Assembly: GCA_951406725.2 (NCBI GenBank)
Contig: OX597825.1
Span: 42,222,001 to 42,286,000, forward strand
Length of the DNA: 64,000 nucleotides
Source: Octopus vulgaris
Lineage: Eukaryota
Reading direction: 5' to 3'
Shown: one piece after another, positions 48,906 to 63,589 of the stretch
Numbering within the stretch: position 1 is the first letter of the stretch
Layout: each line of letters starts with the position of its first letter
Notes under the pieces: generated by a model
What the model saw: the letters and a program-made list of their open reading frames with translations, nothing else
Told to the model about the DNA's origin: nothing
Databases searched by the model: none
Translations under genes and position numbers: made by a program

Positions 48906-49839
48906 TAGATGTTACTTCTTAAACAGCATTAAGAGCAAGAGAAGTAGTGGTAGCTACTGCCACCAACACTATCACCACCACAACAACAACATAAACAATA
49001 ACAACACTCCAACTCTGACCTGTGGTCTTTTCATTCAATTATTTCTGACAACATTTCCTAACTGGATTTACTGAGATAATCAGATAAACAAGCAACTATA
49101 TAACACGTGTAAGTACATGTGTATACTAATGGCATTTAAAAGTTTATATACATCCATATTATAAGCATAAATATATGCATCCATATTATAAGCATCATAT
49201 ATATATATACATGTAAATATATATATATATACATATACATACACACACACACACATTAATACATATGATGTACACTGGATTCTCTCTTTCTTTCTTTATA
49301 CACACTCACATGCACGCATACACACAGACACACATTTGACTCTGCACATCTGACCATGCAGACATGTTCTACATCCATGAAAACTTAAAATGCAGATATG
49401 AGTCAAGCTGTTATTAAATACAACTCCAAGAGAATGTGATGAGTGTAACTTTCTTCATTTGTTCACCTACTCCTGTCCCTGCTCTCTCTCTCTCTCTCTC
49501 TCTCTCTAACTATCTATCTCTGTTTCTCTGCATGTGTATGCATCTGTATGCATCTGAGCATGTATGTATGTATGTAAGTATGTATGTATCTATGTATATA
49601 TGTATGTATGTATGTATGTATGCCTGTATGTATGCATGCATGCAAAACAGTATTTCAAGTGTCTTTACATTCTGAGTTTAAACTCTGCTAAGGTCAACTT
49701 TGCCTTTTATCCTTTGGGGGGGGGGGGGTCAATGAAATAAGTACCACTCAAGTGCTGGGGTCAGTGTATCAACTAACATACTCCTCTATAATTTCAGTCC
49801 TTGTGCCTATAATAGAAAGGATTATTACTATTATTATTG

Positions 49840-50700
49840 AGTGAGAGAGCAGTGCATGTCATCAAAGTGACACTGGGATAAACTATACAAAGCCCAGTAT
49901 ACCCATCATGACTACCCGTCTGATAAGGGTACACCAGGCACATGCATCACAATCATATGTGCACAACATGGTGATCTCATATCAAGATTAACAGCACATG
50001 ACCTTGCAGGTAGCACCCAGTTAGAATTTTCTTCAAGTTGAGTAGCCCTTCCCACTCAAAAGGTCCCTGAATAAGAGTTATTTAAGGATGTTTCCAGAGG
50101 TGAATTATTCAAACCCCAAAGAATCCCTCTGAACACATTGCTATGATGCTTCCACACTATTTGCTGTAGCCCATCTTTTTATACCTGAATGAGAGCAATA
50201 CATGCCATTGGAGCAACACTGAGGTAAAAATATACAAAGCCCAGTATACCCAGCATGACTACCCATCAGATAAGGGTACACTAGGCACATGCATCACAAC
50301 CATTTGTGTGCAACATAGTGATCTTGTATCAAGATAGAAACTGCATGGCTTTGCAAGTGAGACCCAGTTAGAATTTTCTTCAGGCTGAGTAGGCCATCCT
50401 GCTCAAAACACTGAAGTTTCTAGAGGTGAATAATCCAAATCCAAAGAACACTTCTTAACAAATGGCTATGATGCTCCCACACCACTTCTGCTCATGAACA
50501 GAGATGCACATATCGTCAACCACCAAAGGACATGCTCAACTAGTTACGGTCAAACAACTGACAAGCAAATCTGTGGTATTGAGCAAAATATTTGCTGTAG
50601 TTCATCTTGTGTACCAAGACAAAACAATGTACATGATAACACTTCCATTCAGTTAAGGTCAGAAGTCTTGAGAGCTACTGCCTGGTACTGCATCAGGGCG
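49840..50700. mobile_element. ~860-bp non-coding repeat between (TAA)n tracts with an internal ~330-bp tandem duplication
   Basis: gagagca..tatacaaagcccagtataccc..gataagggtacac..cccagttagaattttcttca..gctatgatgct occurs at 49845-50165 and 50190-50490. Confidence 0.7.
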
Positions 50701-50778
<78 letters not shown>

Positions 50779-50781
<3 letters not shown>

Positions 50782-53171
50782 TAGTTTTATTTTTATAGCG
50801 TGCTTTCACTTCACTACTGAGCGCAGCTCTGTGTGCCTTGGGTATGTGCTGTGATTTGTTGTGATGCTCTGATGGTTATTGTATGGAAAGTGTTCTGCGT
50901 AGGATGTGTGCAGTGCCTAGTAGTGCAATTTTCTGTATGTTATATGTGTTTGTAAGTCCTGGTGTTTTTGTTATGTATTTGTCTGAATATTTTTTTATCA
51001 TGCCTAATGCACCTACTATGATAGGAATTGTTTCTGTTTTCAGATTCCACATTCTAGTTACCTCTATTTCCAGGTCTTTGTATTATGAGAGTTTTTCCAT
51101 TTCTTTTAGAGACACGTTGTCATCTGCCGGTATTGATACATCAATTAGAAAGCATTTCTTTCTTCATTTCTCTGACAACTATATCTGGTCTGTTGGCCTT
51201 AATTTCTCTATCTGTGTGTATTGGCATATCCCAGAGTATGGTTGCTTTCTTGTTTTTTGTGACCTTTTCTGGTGTGTGCCTATACCATCTTTTTTCTGTT
51301 GTTATTCCATAATGTTGGCATAGCTTCCAATGTATGTAGGTTCCAACTCTGTCATGTCTGTGAATATATTCCTTCTTAGCCAGGACTGGGCAGCTAGAGA
51401 TAATATGATTTATTGTTTCTTGTCCATCTCCACATATTGTGCAGTTACTTGTAATATTTCTTTTCATTACATGTTTTTGGTAATTTCTGGTGGGGAGGCT
51501 TTGGTCTTGTGCTGCAATTAAAAATCCCTCTGTTTCTGCTTTGAGTCCTGAGCTTCTCAACCATTGCTGGGATTTTTCTTTGTCTATTTCTTTTGCGTTT
51601 AGTTTAGTCCAGTATTTACCATGAAGGGGCTTTTCTTGCCATCGTTTTATCATGGTTCGTTGCTGTTCTATTTTTAGTTTGGATTTCATTTGTTTTATAG
51701 CTTTTGTTGTTTCTTCATCTTCTTCTTCTTCTTCTTCATGTTTATTAGGTGGTATGATTTCTTGTTTGTATTTGTCAGCTTCCTTAAATACTGAGAACAG
51801 TTTTTTGTTTTGCTCGTGTTTTGCCGCTATCTGGATCAGTTTTCCTTCCTTCTGAAGTAGATATTTTTGCAGTCTATGGTGGTTATTTTATAGTAGTTTT
51901 CCAGCTGTATAAGGCCTCTACCACCTTCTATACGTTGTATATATAGTCTTTCTATGTCAGATTTTGGGTGATGCATCCTAGATCCTGTCATTATTTTTCT
52001 TGTTTTCCTATCTATTTTGGTCAGTTCATTTCGTGTCCAGTTAAGGATATTGTAGCTGTAACTTATAACTGGGACAGCTAAAATGTTGATACCTATTATC
52101 TTGTTTTTAGCATTGAGCTCTGTTTTTAGTATTGATCTAACTCGTCTATAATATTCTTTCTTTATTTTCTCTTTCATTTGTGTGTGTTGTGTCTTATCTA
52201 GTTCATGGATTCCTAAGTATTTGTAAGTTTGGCTTTGGTCTAATTCTTTTATTTCATTGGTTTTATCTAGTGTGATGTTGTTACTCTTAACTAGTTTTCC
52301 TCTTTTCATGGTTACTTTGGCGCATTTTTCTAATCCAAATTTCATATCTATTTCTTTGGTAGATCCATGAACTGTCTTTAATAGTGTTTCCAGCTGTTTG
52401 TCATTTGCAGCATATAGTTTTAGGTCATCCATATATAAAAGGTGGCTGATCGTTTTGCCGTAACATTTATATCCGCATCCAGTTCTATTTAGTATATCAG
52501 ATAGAGGTGACAGTGCCAAGCAGAAAAGGAGTGGAGAGAGCGTGTCTCCCTGGAATATTCCTCTTCTAATGGGGATATCTTTGGTTTTCATGAGTCCCTC
52601 TTTTGTTTGGAGGTGTAGAACTGTTTGCCATTTATTCATAGAGTGCTCTATGAATTTTATGATTGTTGGTGCTACTTTGTTAATGGCTAGTGTTTCGAGG
52701 ATCCATGTGTGGGGGATGCTATCAAATACTTTTTTGTAGTCAATCCAGGCCATACTGAGGCCTTTCTTCTTTCTGTGGCTGTCTTCAGTTATGGCTTTAT
52801 TAATCATTAGTTGATCTTTACAGCCATATGAGCCTTTGCGGCATCCTTTCTGCTCTTCTGGGAACAGTTTGTTTTCGTCCAGGTACTTGTTCAGCCTTTG
52901 CGATATCACTGCAGTAAATGCCTTGAACATAGTAGGGAGGCAGGTTATTGGTCTGTAGTTTTCTGGTTTTGCTGTTTCATTTGATTTGGGAATTAAGATG
53001 GTTTTCCCCTTCGTGAGCCATTCAGGCATTGTCTCTGGCTCTGCTAGTATGTTGTTAAAGTTTTCAGCCAGCTTTTTGTGCATTCCTGTTAGATATTTCA
53101 ACCAGAAGTTGGGGATCTTGTCATGCCCAGGTGCCTTCCAGTTGCTTAGTCTTTGCAGTGCCTGGGTGACC
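50779..53171 (-). mobile_element. 5'-truncated R4/Dong-clade non-LTR retrotransposon inserted in (TAA)n
   Basis: NWKAPGHD, NYRPITCLP, WIDYKKVFDSIPH, GIFQGDTLSPLLF, HLLYMDD, CTICGDGQETINHIISSC, RHD, ANRPDIVV (RLE), QKIALLGTAHILRR; (TTA)n on both sides. Confidence 0.93.
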
Positions 53172-53205
<34 letters not shown>

Positions 53206-53242
53206 CATTATTATTATCATTATTATTATCATTATTATTATT

Positions 53243-53293
<51 letters not shown>

Positions 53294-53339
53294 CTTGTTA
53301 TTGTTATTGTTATTTACTTTTAATCTGCATGTTTGTTAC

Positions 53340-54330
53340 AATCACTTGTCAAGACACACACAGCACCCTAGGTTGAGTGAAGGATAAGAGATGTTACATT
53401 ATGACTGAAAGGTTGGGGAAGGAAAGTGGCTGGGGCAATAGCAAAATATCTTCATGTAATACAACACAGACATTTAAATTGACAAGGTTTTTCTAAGGAT
53501 ATAGGTAGTACTTATCAGCACAATCTTTTGGATTTCTCTGAGACACGGTTCTCCTGTGATATTGCCTAGAGATTTCTGATATCCCTCTTTCATCATATCT
53601 ATGGCACCTACAATAACAGGAACAGTTCTTGCTTTAAGATGTCATATCTTTTGTATTTCAATTTCCATGTTTACATATTTGCTTAATTTGTCAAATTCCT
53701 TTACAGACATATTTTTATCAGTGGGGACATCATCATCATCATCATTTAACGTCCATTTTCCATGCTGCCATGGGTTGTACGATTTGACTGATGACTGGTG
53801 AACCAGATGGCTGCACCAGGCTCCAATCTGATCTGGCAGATTTTCTACAGCTGGATGCCCATCCTAATGCCAACCACGCCAAGAGTGTAGTGGGTGCTTT
53901 TACATACCACCAGTATGAGGGCCAATCAGGTGACAGGTAATTTCTTCCATGTCTTTAATAACTATGTTTGGTCAATTAAACTGGATTGTTCTGTCGGTGT
54001 TGACTGGAAAATCCCAGAGGATAGTGACATTTTTACCTTCAACAACTGGCTCAGGATGATGTTTGTACAAGTATGCAGGAGTGCTGATTTTGTAGTGTTT
54101 ACATATTCATTTGGTGTCAGCACATCTCAAAATGAGATGGTCTGTCATTTCATCAAATATGTTGCAGAATCTGCATTTAGAGTCAGAACTGTTTTGAAGA
54201 ATGTCAGCCTGATAGTTTCTGGTAAGCAAGCTTTGATCTTATGCTACCAATAAGAAATCTTCAGTTTCTGCTTTCAGTTCTGAACTTCTCAGCTACTGAT
54301 GGGATGTTGCTTGGTCTATTACTATTATTA
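53340..54330 (-). mobile_element. Older R4/Dong-type 3' fragment, also bounded by (TAA)n
   Basis: DQSLLTRNYQADILQ..CRFCNIFDEMTDHL, VTILWDFPVNTDRTI, KLSKYVNMEIEIQK..VPVIVGA. Confidence 0.8.
53728..53925 (-). mobile_element. RTE 3'-tail copy with (GAT)n tail nested in the Dong relic
   Basis: catcatcatcatttaacgtccattttccatgc..ctacagctggatgccc..ctaatgccaaccac..gtagtgggtgctttta is the reverse of 28340-28518. Confidence 0.85.
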
Positions 54331-54334
54331 CCAG

Positions 54335-54409
<75 letters not shown>

Positions 54410-54519
54410 CATTATTATTATTCATACACACACATATATACATTTGTATGCATACATGATCAGTTGTCTTTCTTAGTCAAAAAACAAAGTGCCCTCAACT
54501 ATGAATATAGTGAAGTTGT

Positions 54520-54960
54520 ATGAAAAGCAATTACCATCATTCAAAGTTCCATGTTATAGATCTGGTATGAGCCCTGCCAAAAGAAAATTGGCTATTATGA
54601 AAGTCCTACACACAAAATCTTTAAAGTACTTTATCATATTGATGAAAGAGCTCTTCACAAAAACCCCTTAACCACTACACTGCGTCTTTCAGTATCTTTA
54701 AGAAGCAGATCATCAAATCATCGCTACACTGGCCAAACACATATGATAGTTAAAGAAGGCTGCAGACTACACCATGAAATAGAGGCTGTTAAAACATGCT
54801 GGACTTATCCCAATAGTAATAGATAATTGGGTTTGTGTTTTGCACATTACAGACAGATTCTTAAGAGCTGTCTTGCACTCAGAATGTATCTAAATGCTAA
54901 GTCAGAAACCATGACTTATTGTTTAAGTGGAAACCCTCCTTATATTTACAGCTGGGTGCT
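54520..54960 (+). mobile_element. Possible highly decayed PLE GIY-YIG 3' region
   Basis: Fragmentary frames YTGQT, KHAG, DNW, GNPPYIY; weak. Confidence 0.3.
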
Positions 54961-55589
54961 CTTTGTGGTTTGACTCAGAATAACAACCAATTCTGTTAGA
55001 TACTTTCAATTCATATATAGTGCATTACAAGAATTCTCTCTACTGCTTGTATTAAACAGATACTTGATACAAAGTAGAGGGTCCATCCTGATAAAAATCT
55101 ATATAAAATTCGCATTAACTACGATTTTCTATAATTGGGACTTTTGGGCAAAGATATACTAATACCTTCCCACAACAACCCACAACAAGACTCCTGGGGG
55201 AGATTATTGACCTCATGAGAAGGATGTGACAGAAGACCTTCTATAACACTGTGCTACAGCCCTAAGATACAGAACACTTTGGCAGTAATTCCAAAAAATT
55301 CCCACCTAGAATTAAGAACCAAGATAGCTTAGAGATCTCCTGAATCTGACATTAAAGCTGAATTTTGATAAGTCTTCTAATCCTTCTCAGAAGGTTTGAT
55401 CTGACAAAATAAATTAATATCTTCAAAAAATGTTCTATTGTTCTCTGATAAAGTTAAGAATTTCTATGAAGCAGACAATATGTATGAGTAGTTTTTAAGA
55501 AATAGAATCACACAGAAATATACAAGGGCAGACTTGCAGACTTGCAAACTTAAAATATAAACAGTGAAGCCAAAAGTATTTCATGTGAC

Positions 55590-56410
55590 TAGTGAATGAA
55601 TTAATTTTACATCACTAACAACTGCAACCTCATTAGTCACTGATTATTGCACTGAGTTAGAGGTTCCTGTCTTCTGCATTTGTTTAGAGACATTACATAG
55701 TCAAAATTTAGTGATGTCAACAGACACACTCTAGATAAACTAAGGAAAAATATCACCCAGCTTTTCAACTTTTTGGGGCTTATTATAATAATATAAAACC
55801 AGCCAAATCATAGTCAACTGTTTGGATGTGTCATTTGATTTACATACTAACTCACACAAATCTTATTACAAGCCTAAAGAAAATTTCACCTACATTAACA
55901 TCATGTTTTGCTAACCACATCCTTTGGTAGCCTATCATTATAACAACATGTTAGTGACATGCAAGTTCAAGGAGAAATCATTTACTCACTCATCCTCCTC
56001 ACCCACCAAAAGGTAATACTGCCAAAATATAATCTTTGCAATCCCTTTCTCCTTTAACCCTTCAGCATTCTGATTACTCTGTCAAATGTAATCCTTTTCT
56101 ATTCATATTGTTTTCAACTAATCATGCTTTATCTTGTAGCTTCAACATTTCAATGATGTGGTTGCTTATTTTCAAGAACGGCACTGTGAGGTAAGAGTAA
56201 GAGGCTAGATTTGGCCACTCTGAACATAAAAAAGTTGAATATTTTGGTAGGAATATGGCCAGTTTAAATGCTAAAAGGTTAATGTCAAGTCCAGCATAAG
56301 TTAGACATTCCTTAAATTAATTGATAAGCCTTTTTCTCAGGGACAGAAAACTTTTCAGAGTGCCTCCTTCAGTTTCACACACAATATGAAAATATCTTTT
56401 CAAGAAAATC
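55590..56410 (+). mobile_element. Naiad-type PLE RT relic interrupted by a piggyBac MITE
   Basis: TLDKLRKNITQLFNFLGL, IVNCLDVSFDLHTNSHKSYYKPKENFTYIN, PFSFNVKSSI..FLKLIDK across the MITE. Confidence 0.7.
56058..56278. mobile_element. piggyBac-type MITE with TTAA TSD
   Basis: ttaa|cccttcagcatt ... aatgctaaaagg|ttaa. Confidence 0.85.
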
Positions 56411-59400
56411 CACCCCAGGCCATGAAGTGGTTGTTTTTGCCCACTCCTTGGTCACTGGAATGCAGAGGCTATTCTGCATGAAGTTGACATTAGATCCAGA
56501 AGACAAAACATCACATCCAACATAAAGTAGGAGTTAAAGACATGGTTAATTCTGTCTTCCAAATTTTGCTTGTATGACACCAGTCAACTGAAGCAATGAT
56601 GAAAGATATCTGCCCATGGAGCCACAACATGTGATCAAACCTGGAAGCACATAATTTCAAAACTAACTTTTTAACCATAGAGCCTTGCTTACATAGAAAA
56701 TATATATGAAAATTCATTGGCCAATAGTTTCATTGTTTTCAACTGATAGGAAATGTTAAAACATTTAATAAACAATATATTATCCTGGTTTCCATGATCA
56801 AAGACTTTCAGCATATCTGCCTAAAGGTATGCATGTCTATACTGCTTATAAACTTGAAACTACTGTTAATGATGAATAAATTATCCTAGTTAAACTGGTT
56901 AACTGCTAAATTCACTTCTCGCTTTTGAGAAATATATTTTTCCAATGTGGGAACAAAGCATAAGCATTATATAATTCATGCTAAAAAGAAAACATAGATT
57001 CAGGCAAAAATATTTACTTGTGATAAGAGATGTTGTTATAGAATTATGTATAAGAAATGATCCACATAATTCACAGCGGTCTGAAAATGATAATGAGATG
57101 TCTGACAGTCAGATGCAATATCATGGAATAAATGGTTTAGAGCAAATTATGAAATGGACAAGCTATTTCATATCAAGAATAACAAACAGATTAAAATATT
57201 AAAGCAATTTTTGAAACTAGTAGGTTGTTCCCTGAGAATAGAAGCAAAAGATATGCACAAAAGTTAGTCTAGAAGAGAAACATTTCAGCAAAAATACTCA
57301 TGAAAGTGTCAAAAAAAACTAAGCAGAAACTTACAATAATCCTGTAGGTATAGCAATCTTCAGGTTCACATTTGTACCTCTATTCAATGAGGCCTTTAGC
57401 TATTGACACAGAAATAAATTTTGTGTTGAATAAAGGCATAGACATTTCAAAGATAGATAAAAATCAATTTCTTAACCAGCAAAGTCAACACATAACCAGT
57501 CCTAAATGTTTTCCAATTAAAACTACATTCAGTTATGTGTAGTAATTTAAATTTTGTCTTTGTATCTTTTTTTTATCATTATATCTGTGTTCAGATATTT
57601 AGAAATGACAAGAAATGAAAATTCCTTACCTCAAGATAATGGCCTATTTTCTAAAATGTTCTGTCTTGTGGAGGATTGGCAGAATCATTAGAGTGTTGCA
57701 CAAAATTCTTGAAGTATTTACTTACAGCTCTTTATATTTTCAAAGCCAACACAACCTTTCATCAATTCTGGGTAGGTAGAAAAATAAACTAGTCAAATGC
57801 AGGGGCTAATTCCTGAATGCATCTAACATGTGAATGAAATTATAACAGGAGACAAGAAAAAGCACCAGAATTATTCACACCAAATCTAAGAAATTAATTA
57901 TCTCCCAGTTATTTAATGTCATTGAATCCAGAGTTGACCACTGTATTTATGATCACTCTATGGGACTTCCAAAGAATATCCATTATTAATTCTACATCTC
58001 ATAAGCCTGTCAAGATTTTGTAAATTGCTTCTTTAAGATAAAGTTTTTTGAGCCAATGCTATCATTTACATAACACTTAAATATTTCTATTACAAAGTTG
58101 AATGCTTGCTACATTAAGTGAGTTAACACTAACTTAAGATATCAATATATCACTGATGCCAATTTATATTTAATCAGAAACTTAACCTTATTTGGAAGTT
58201 AGTATAACTTGTAAATAGTAAGCATCTTTCAGAATACACCAAAGTTTGTATTTGTTCAGTAATATGCCATAAGGTAATAAAAATTGATTTTAAGATCATT
58301 TAAAATCTTAATAGAGAAAAACATGCATATAAACCAGATGTGTGCATAATTATTTATGATGATATGTTTAAAAGATATTGTAAGATGTAACAATTCATTG
58401 CTTAAATCCATTGTTAAGTGTGATGTCCAATATATATATTTAAATATTTATATGTGCACACATAAAAAGGTGTAGCTATACCTAGACAATTGAATGATGC
58501 TTAGTGCCAAATATATAAGCACATATTTCAGTGTAAGAGATGAAACTTTGTCTTTCAGATATAATGCATGAATGTTTTTCATTAATATATCTTTTATCTG
58601 TTTGATATTTATATTCTCATTCATGTTTATCTTGTGAAATTAACTATAGCACTAGCAGATTCTATAGCAATAATTTGTAATGTAATACATTCAAGACAGA
58701 CACATGAAAGAATATAATGCTTGAGCTTTACAAACAATTGTTATCAAACTTACAGCAACATTATATATTTAATAGTTATACTATTCATAAATATTCTTGA
58801 GAAACAGTTGGTATTTAAGCAATAAAAGAATGAACTTCTCTATCGAAATATTGTAAATTGATCTGATATTCAAAACTGTACATTAGGTTCAAATTCATTT
58901 AATGACTGTTAGTATAAATTTCCAAACATTAACATTATAATTACTAGAAGTTAAATATAACTATTGTTAATTGTCTCACCCCTTGAGCAAAACACAAATT
59001 TCAAATGGTTCAATACACCTGACAGAAGGAACTAGGTTCCACATCAATTTTCTAAGTTGATATCTCTGAGAAATTTGGCTGAATATTCAATTACACCTAG
59101 ATTTTGCAAATGTCTAAATTTGCAAATTGTATACTAACATGGTAAAATTGAGGTAACTAGTAAACAATGTTCCACCCCTGTTGCTGAAACAGACTTAAAT
59201 GAGTAAAGACAACACAAACAAGTCTAAAGCCCAACCAATTATCCCAAGATACATTCATTTTTGATCTCTTTAAATGTCAAACAAATTTTCAATCAGTTTT
59301 GATGATGAATGTATCCAGTTGTTCAACCAACTGAATTACCTGCACTTTGAATTTGTATGTAAGTGACTGAGTATTCCACAGACGTGTATTCTTAATGTAA

Positions 59401-60290
59401 TTTTTGATGAAATCAGCTTTACACAGTGTGACAAAGTTTGTCCTCTGAATTACATCCAGATTCCATTTAACACGCTTCCACAGTTTCCATCTGTTCACTT
59501 TCACTCACAAAACTAGGGTCAACTTGAGGTGCTTCCTCAAAATGCTATGTAATACAATGGAGCCCAACACCTTATGACTATGCAATAAACTTCTTAATCA
59601 TTCAAGCATGCCTTATAAGGCATATGGCTTCACATTGATGTCTTTCTGTGACAACTAAATCTGAACAAGCTCACAAAACTATTCTTATTCAATAGTAACA
59701 AGCATGTTTCCCAGCTGAGAAATTAACCATATGATAATAAGTTTGGTTCTGCATATTCTCTAAGTGATTGAACCACCATAAGATGCCTCTCTTCTCTAGT
59801 AACAGCAACATGAAGCCATGCAAGACTCTAGAAGTTCTGTTGTATTTTTGCTTCAATCTAAGTTGTTATTTGCAAAGGGAATTCGTTGTTATTACAGAAA
59901 ATGTTATGCACATTAATCTGTACACTAACCTATTGAGATAAATCTAGATGACCCACTATTTACTATTTGGTAATTGTTATGAAATGAGATTGTTAGCACA
60001 ACGAAGGTCAGTGTCACAATTACTACTAAGTTAACACAGGCTATCATTATACAAAATGACCAGCTTTATGACTTACATGAAGTGATCAAGTGTAACAAGG
60101 AGACTGAAGTATACACTGATGTTTTCTTTGGTGAAATAGAGACTATCTTTTCCTTGGCTTTTGCTGACTAGACTGAACTGCACAGACTAATCTTTATGTT
60201 ATTATTGTGCTGACTAAATTTGATGCATTGTATGGTAAACACTGACGTTAGTATTTCTACTGGGAGGGGGGGGATTTAGTTTCAGTAATA

Positions 60291-60475
60291 TTACTCCTTT
60301 AGCATTCAGATTACTCTGTCAAATGTAACGTTTTATTTATTCATATTATTTTCAATTGACTATTCATTATCTTGTAGCTTTAAGATTTCAATGATGGGAA
60401 TTTAGAACGACATTGTAGGGTAGGTCAAAGCTGGATCTGACTAGTTTGAATATAAAATAGATACAATATTTGAGT
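60291..60475. mobile_element. Truncated copy of the 56058 piggyBac MITE family
   Basis: cctttagcattcagattactctgtcaaatgtaa..tatcttgtagctt shared with 56058-56278. Confidence 0.8.
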
Positions 60476-61204
60476 GATGCACATAAGTGAGTGTCAGGGA
60501 CTAAAGTGGACCCCTACTGAGTTTTACCAATGAGGTGGTTGTGTAGGAGAACCAGCACAAGTAAAAAGAAAAAACTAAATGAAACCTTTCAAAGAGAAAT
60601 GAGATCCTTCAGTACCAACGACACTCATATTCAGAGCATCTGAATAGAAGTTGCATCAATATGTAATTCTATAAATATGATTGGTCACAGTCCCAGTTCA
60701 AAAAGAAAGAAAACCAAGTGAAATGGAAAAGAAATATAAAAACAAGCACTGTCTAATGGCAGAGATGCTATAGGAATGACTTGGTATTACTACAGTACAT
60801 TTCATTTTTTGTTAATTTGGTCCTCCAATTCAACATTTTTCTTTTTTGACACTGCTTAGATTTCAATGAAGTGTAGCAGAAAGAAACCATTTATATAAGG
60901 ATACAGTATAATGCCTAACATAGAAAACACATACTCTTCTCTTCAGATGAGTTTCCAGGTTACTTACTACTACACAACCAATATGACTCGAAATAACACT
61001 CCACTAAAAAATATCACAATATTCATAATTTATTTCTATCCCCACCACCTCTGTTCCCAAATTCCCACGCACATCAAAACTCTTTCCAAACTTAATTTTA
61101 TCTGAAATGAATGCTTACAACATGTTCGCTTCTCTAAACACAACCAAGGAGTTTGTGATAATGTTAAACTGGGGAATGGGTTAAGTCAACCACACAAGAA
61201 CTAG

Positions 61205-61365
61205 TATGTTTCATTCTGTCTCTGTCAACGAAATACATCTCAAAAAATTTGGTTGATCTAAAGCTATAGTTGAAGATACTTGACTACGGTGCCGCATAGA
61301 GGATTTCAACACAAAACTACATAGTTGTAAAGTGAACTTCTTAGCCATGCAGTGAGGCCTGCATC
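61205..61365 (-). mobile_element. Decayed SINE head
   Basis: aaagctatagttgaagatacttg..ggtgccgc..gaacttcttagccatgcag. Confidence 0.6.
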
Positions 61366-61532
61366 CATTGCCAATACAGAAATTCAAGAATTTCATTTAT
61401 TTTGTTAAAAGAAAGTTTCCACTAGATACAGTTGGTTAAAGTAATTAATACAAAGCTCATTAGAAACACTAATTTTATATACACACATACGTGTGTGTGT
61501 GTGTGTTTTATGTATGTATTTATATGTATACA

Positions 61533-62779
61533 CAGGGTTTCTTGAAATTAAGGCAACCGAAGTTTTGGGTTTTGACAACTGTCAATAAATGTGATAAGAT
61601 ATGAAAATTATACATCATTATAAAAGATTAGTGTGTCTTCTTTTTGTTTCAGACTAAATAAATTCAGATTTATAAATATAGATAATGGCTATACACCAAA
61701 ATACAATCATAACCTTCCACAAAGAAGGTGAAATAATTCAGCTAAAGCAAAAAAAGCTTAAAATTAACTGAACAACAGTATAGAAAGTCATCAAAAAGTT
61801 TCAAGGGACTAGTTCCACTGCTGATCGACCTGGACATAGCTGAAAAAGAAGTGTGCAGACCCCTCAGCTTATCAAAAGTACCAGAGAAAAGATACAGTGA
61901 AATACTTGTCATTTTGTCAGAAAACTGGCTATCACAGCAAAAAATAAGCTGAACATCGATGTATCGAGTGTTGAAGGAGGATCTCAGGACCCACCCCTAC
62001 AAGATGACCGACGATCAGGCACAAGTTTATAAAGCCATGAGACTGGAAAAAAGTCATCTTATCCTATGTCAGATTGCTGAATGCATACTGTTTTCCCTGA
62101 TGAAAAGAAGTTGGCATCGAACAGTCAGTAAACCACCAGAATGACTGACTTTGGAGTATATCTGACTCCATCAAAGGCAGACTCATAAATTAACGTCAAA
62201 ACCCACAGTCGGTTATGATTTGGATGGCTGTGACAACCACTGGAGGGTCTCCCTTCATTTTTGTGCCCTTGGGTGTTAAAATTAACACCCAGCAATACAT
62301 TAGTGACATTCTGGAAGCTGAACTGCTTCCATGGGTGACTGAGCACTTTCAAGACACACCTTGGAGCCTCCAAAAGGACTCAGTACTACGCTGATGACAC
62401 TGGATTCAGAAAAGACATTCTGTCATTCCTAGGCAAAGATATATGGCCCTCAAGAAGCCCAAATCTCAGCCTGCTGGATTTTTCTGCTTGGTCCATTTTG
62501 AAGGTGAGGGTCTCAAGCACTCCTCATACTTTGCTCAATGCTCTGAAGGCAAAACTGCACCAGGAATGGGTTTCAATTCCACAAGAACAGCTGCATACCA
62601 CGTGTGAAGTATTTGCACCGAGACTTTAGGCTGTGAATTGAAACAGAGGTGGTCATATCGAATAAATGTGGTAGTGTCATAATTATGTTTCATTTACCAT
62701 TGCATTGCAATGCTCAGACCTAAAATATAGCAATATTTTGGTTTGGCAAAATTGAAAAGATGTGGTTGATTTAATTTTG

Positions 62780-62785
<6 letters not shown>
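61533..62785 (+). mobile_element. Tc1/mariner maT-like (DDxD) transposon, decayed transposase ~61685-62665
   Basis: VIKKFQGTSSTADRPG, SVMIWMAVTTTGGSPFIFVPLGVKINTQQY, WPSRSPNLSLLDFSAW, GGHIE*; imperfect TIRs (aaattaaggcaacc / ggttgatttaatttt). Confidence 0.85.
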
Positions 62786-63340
<555 letters not shown>

Positions 63341-63589
63341 AGGTGTGTGTGTGTGTGTGTTTGTGTGTGTATCTGTTTTATTGTCAAATGCTCTGAATTT
63401 CTCAAAATTCTTCTAAGCGATATTTGGATCTACTTGTCATACATGAGGATTTACCTGCGATCTGTATTCTACATATATTTGCCAGTGTCTGATTGCTGGA
63501 TACTGTAAACCAAATTCTTTTAAAATTGTTTTATTTATATCTGCTTGGATTTTTTTAACCCCTTTCTTTTTGCTCCTAATTATATACAT

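Noticed and set aside
48584-48922. Acceptor-like tttcag followed by EEQQSINQWWKISK ORF
   Set aside because: Runs directly into a trinucleotide microsatellite; no donor or homology.
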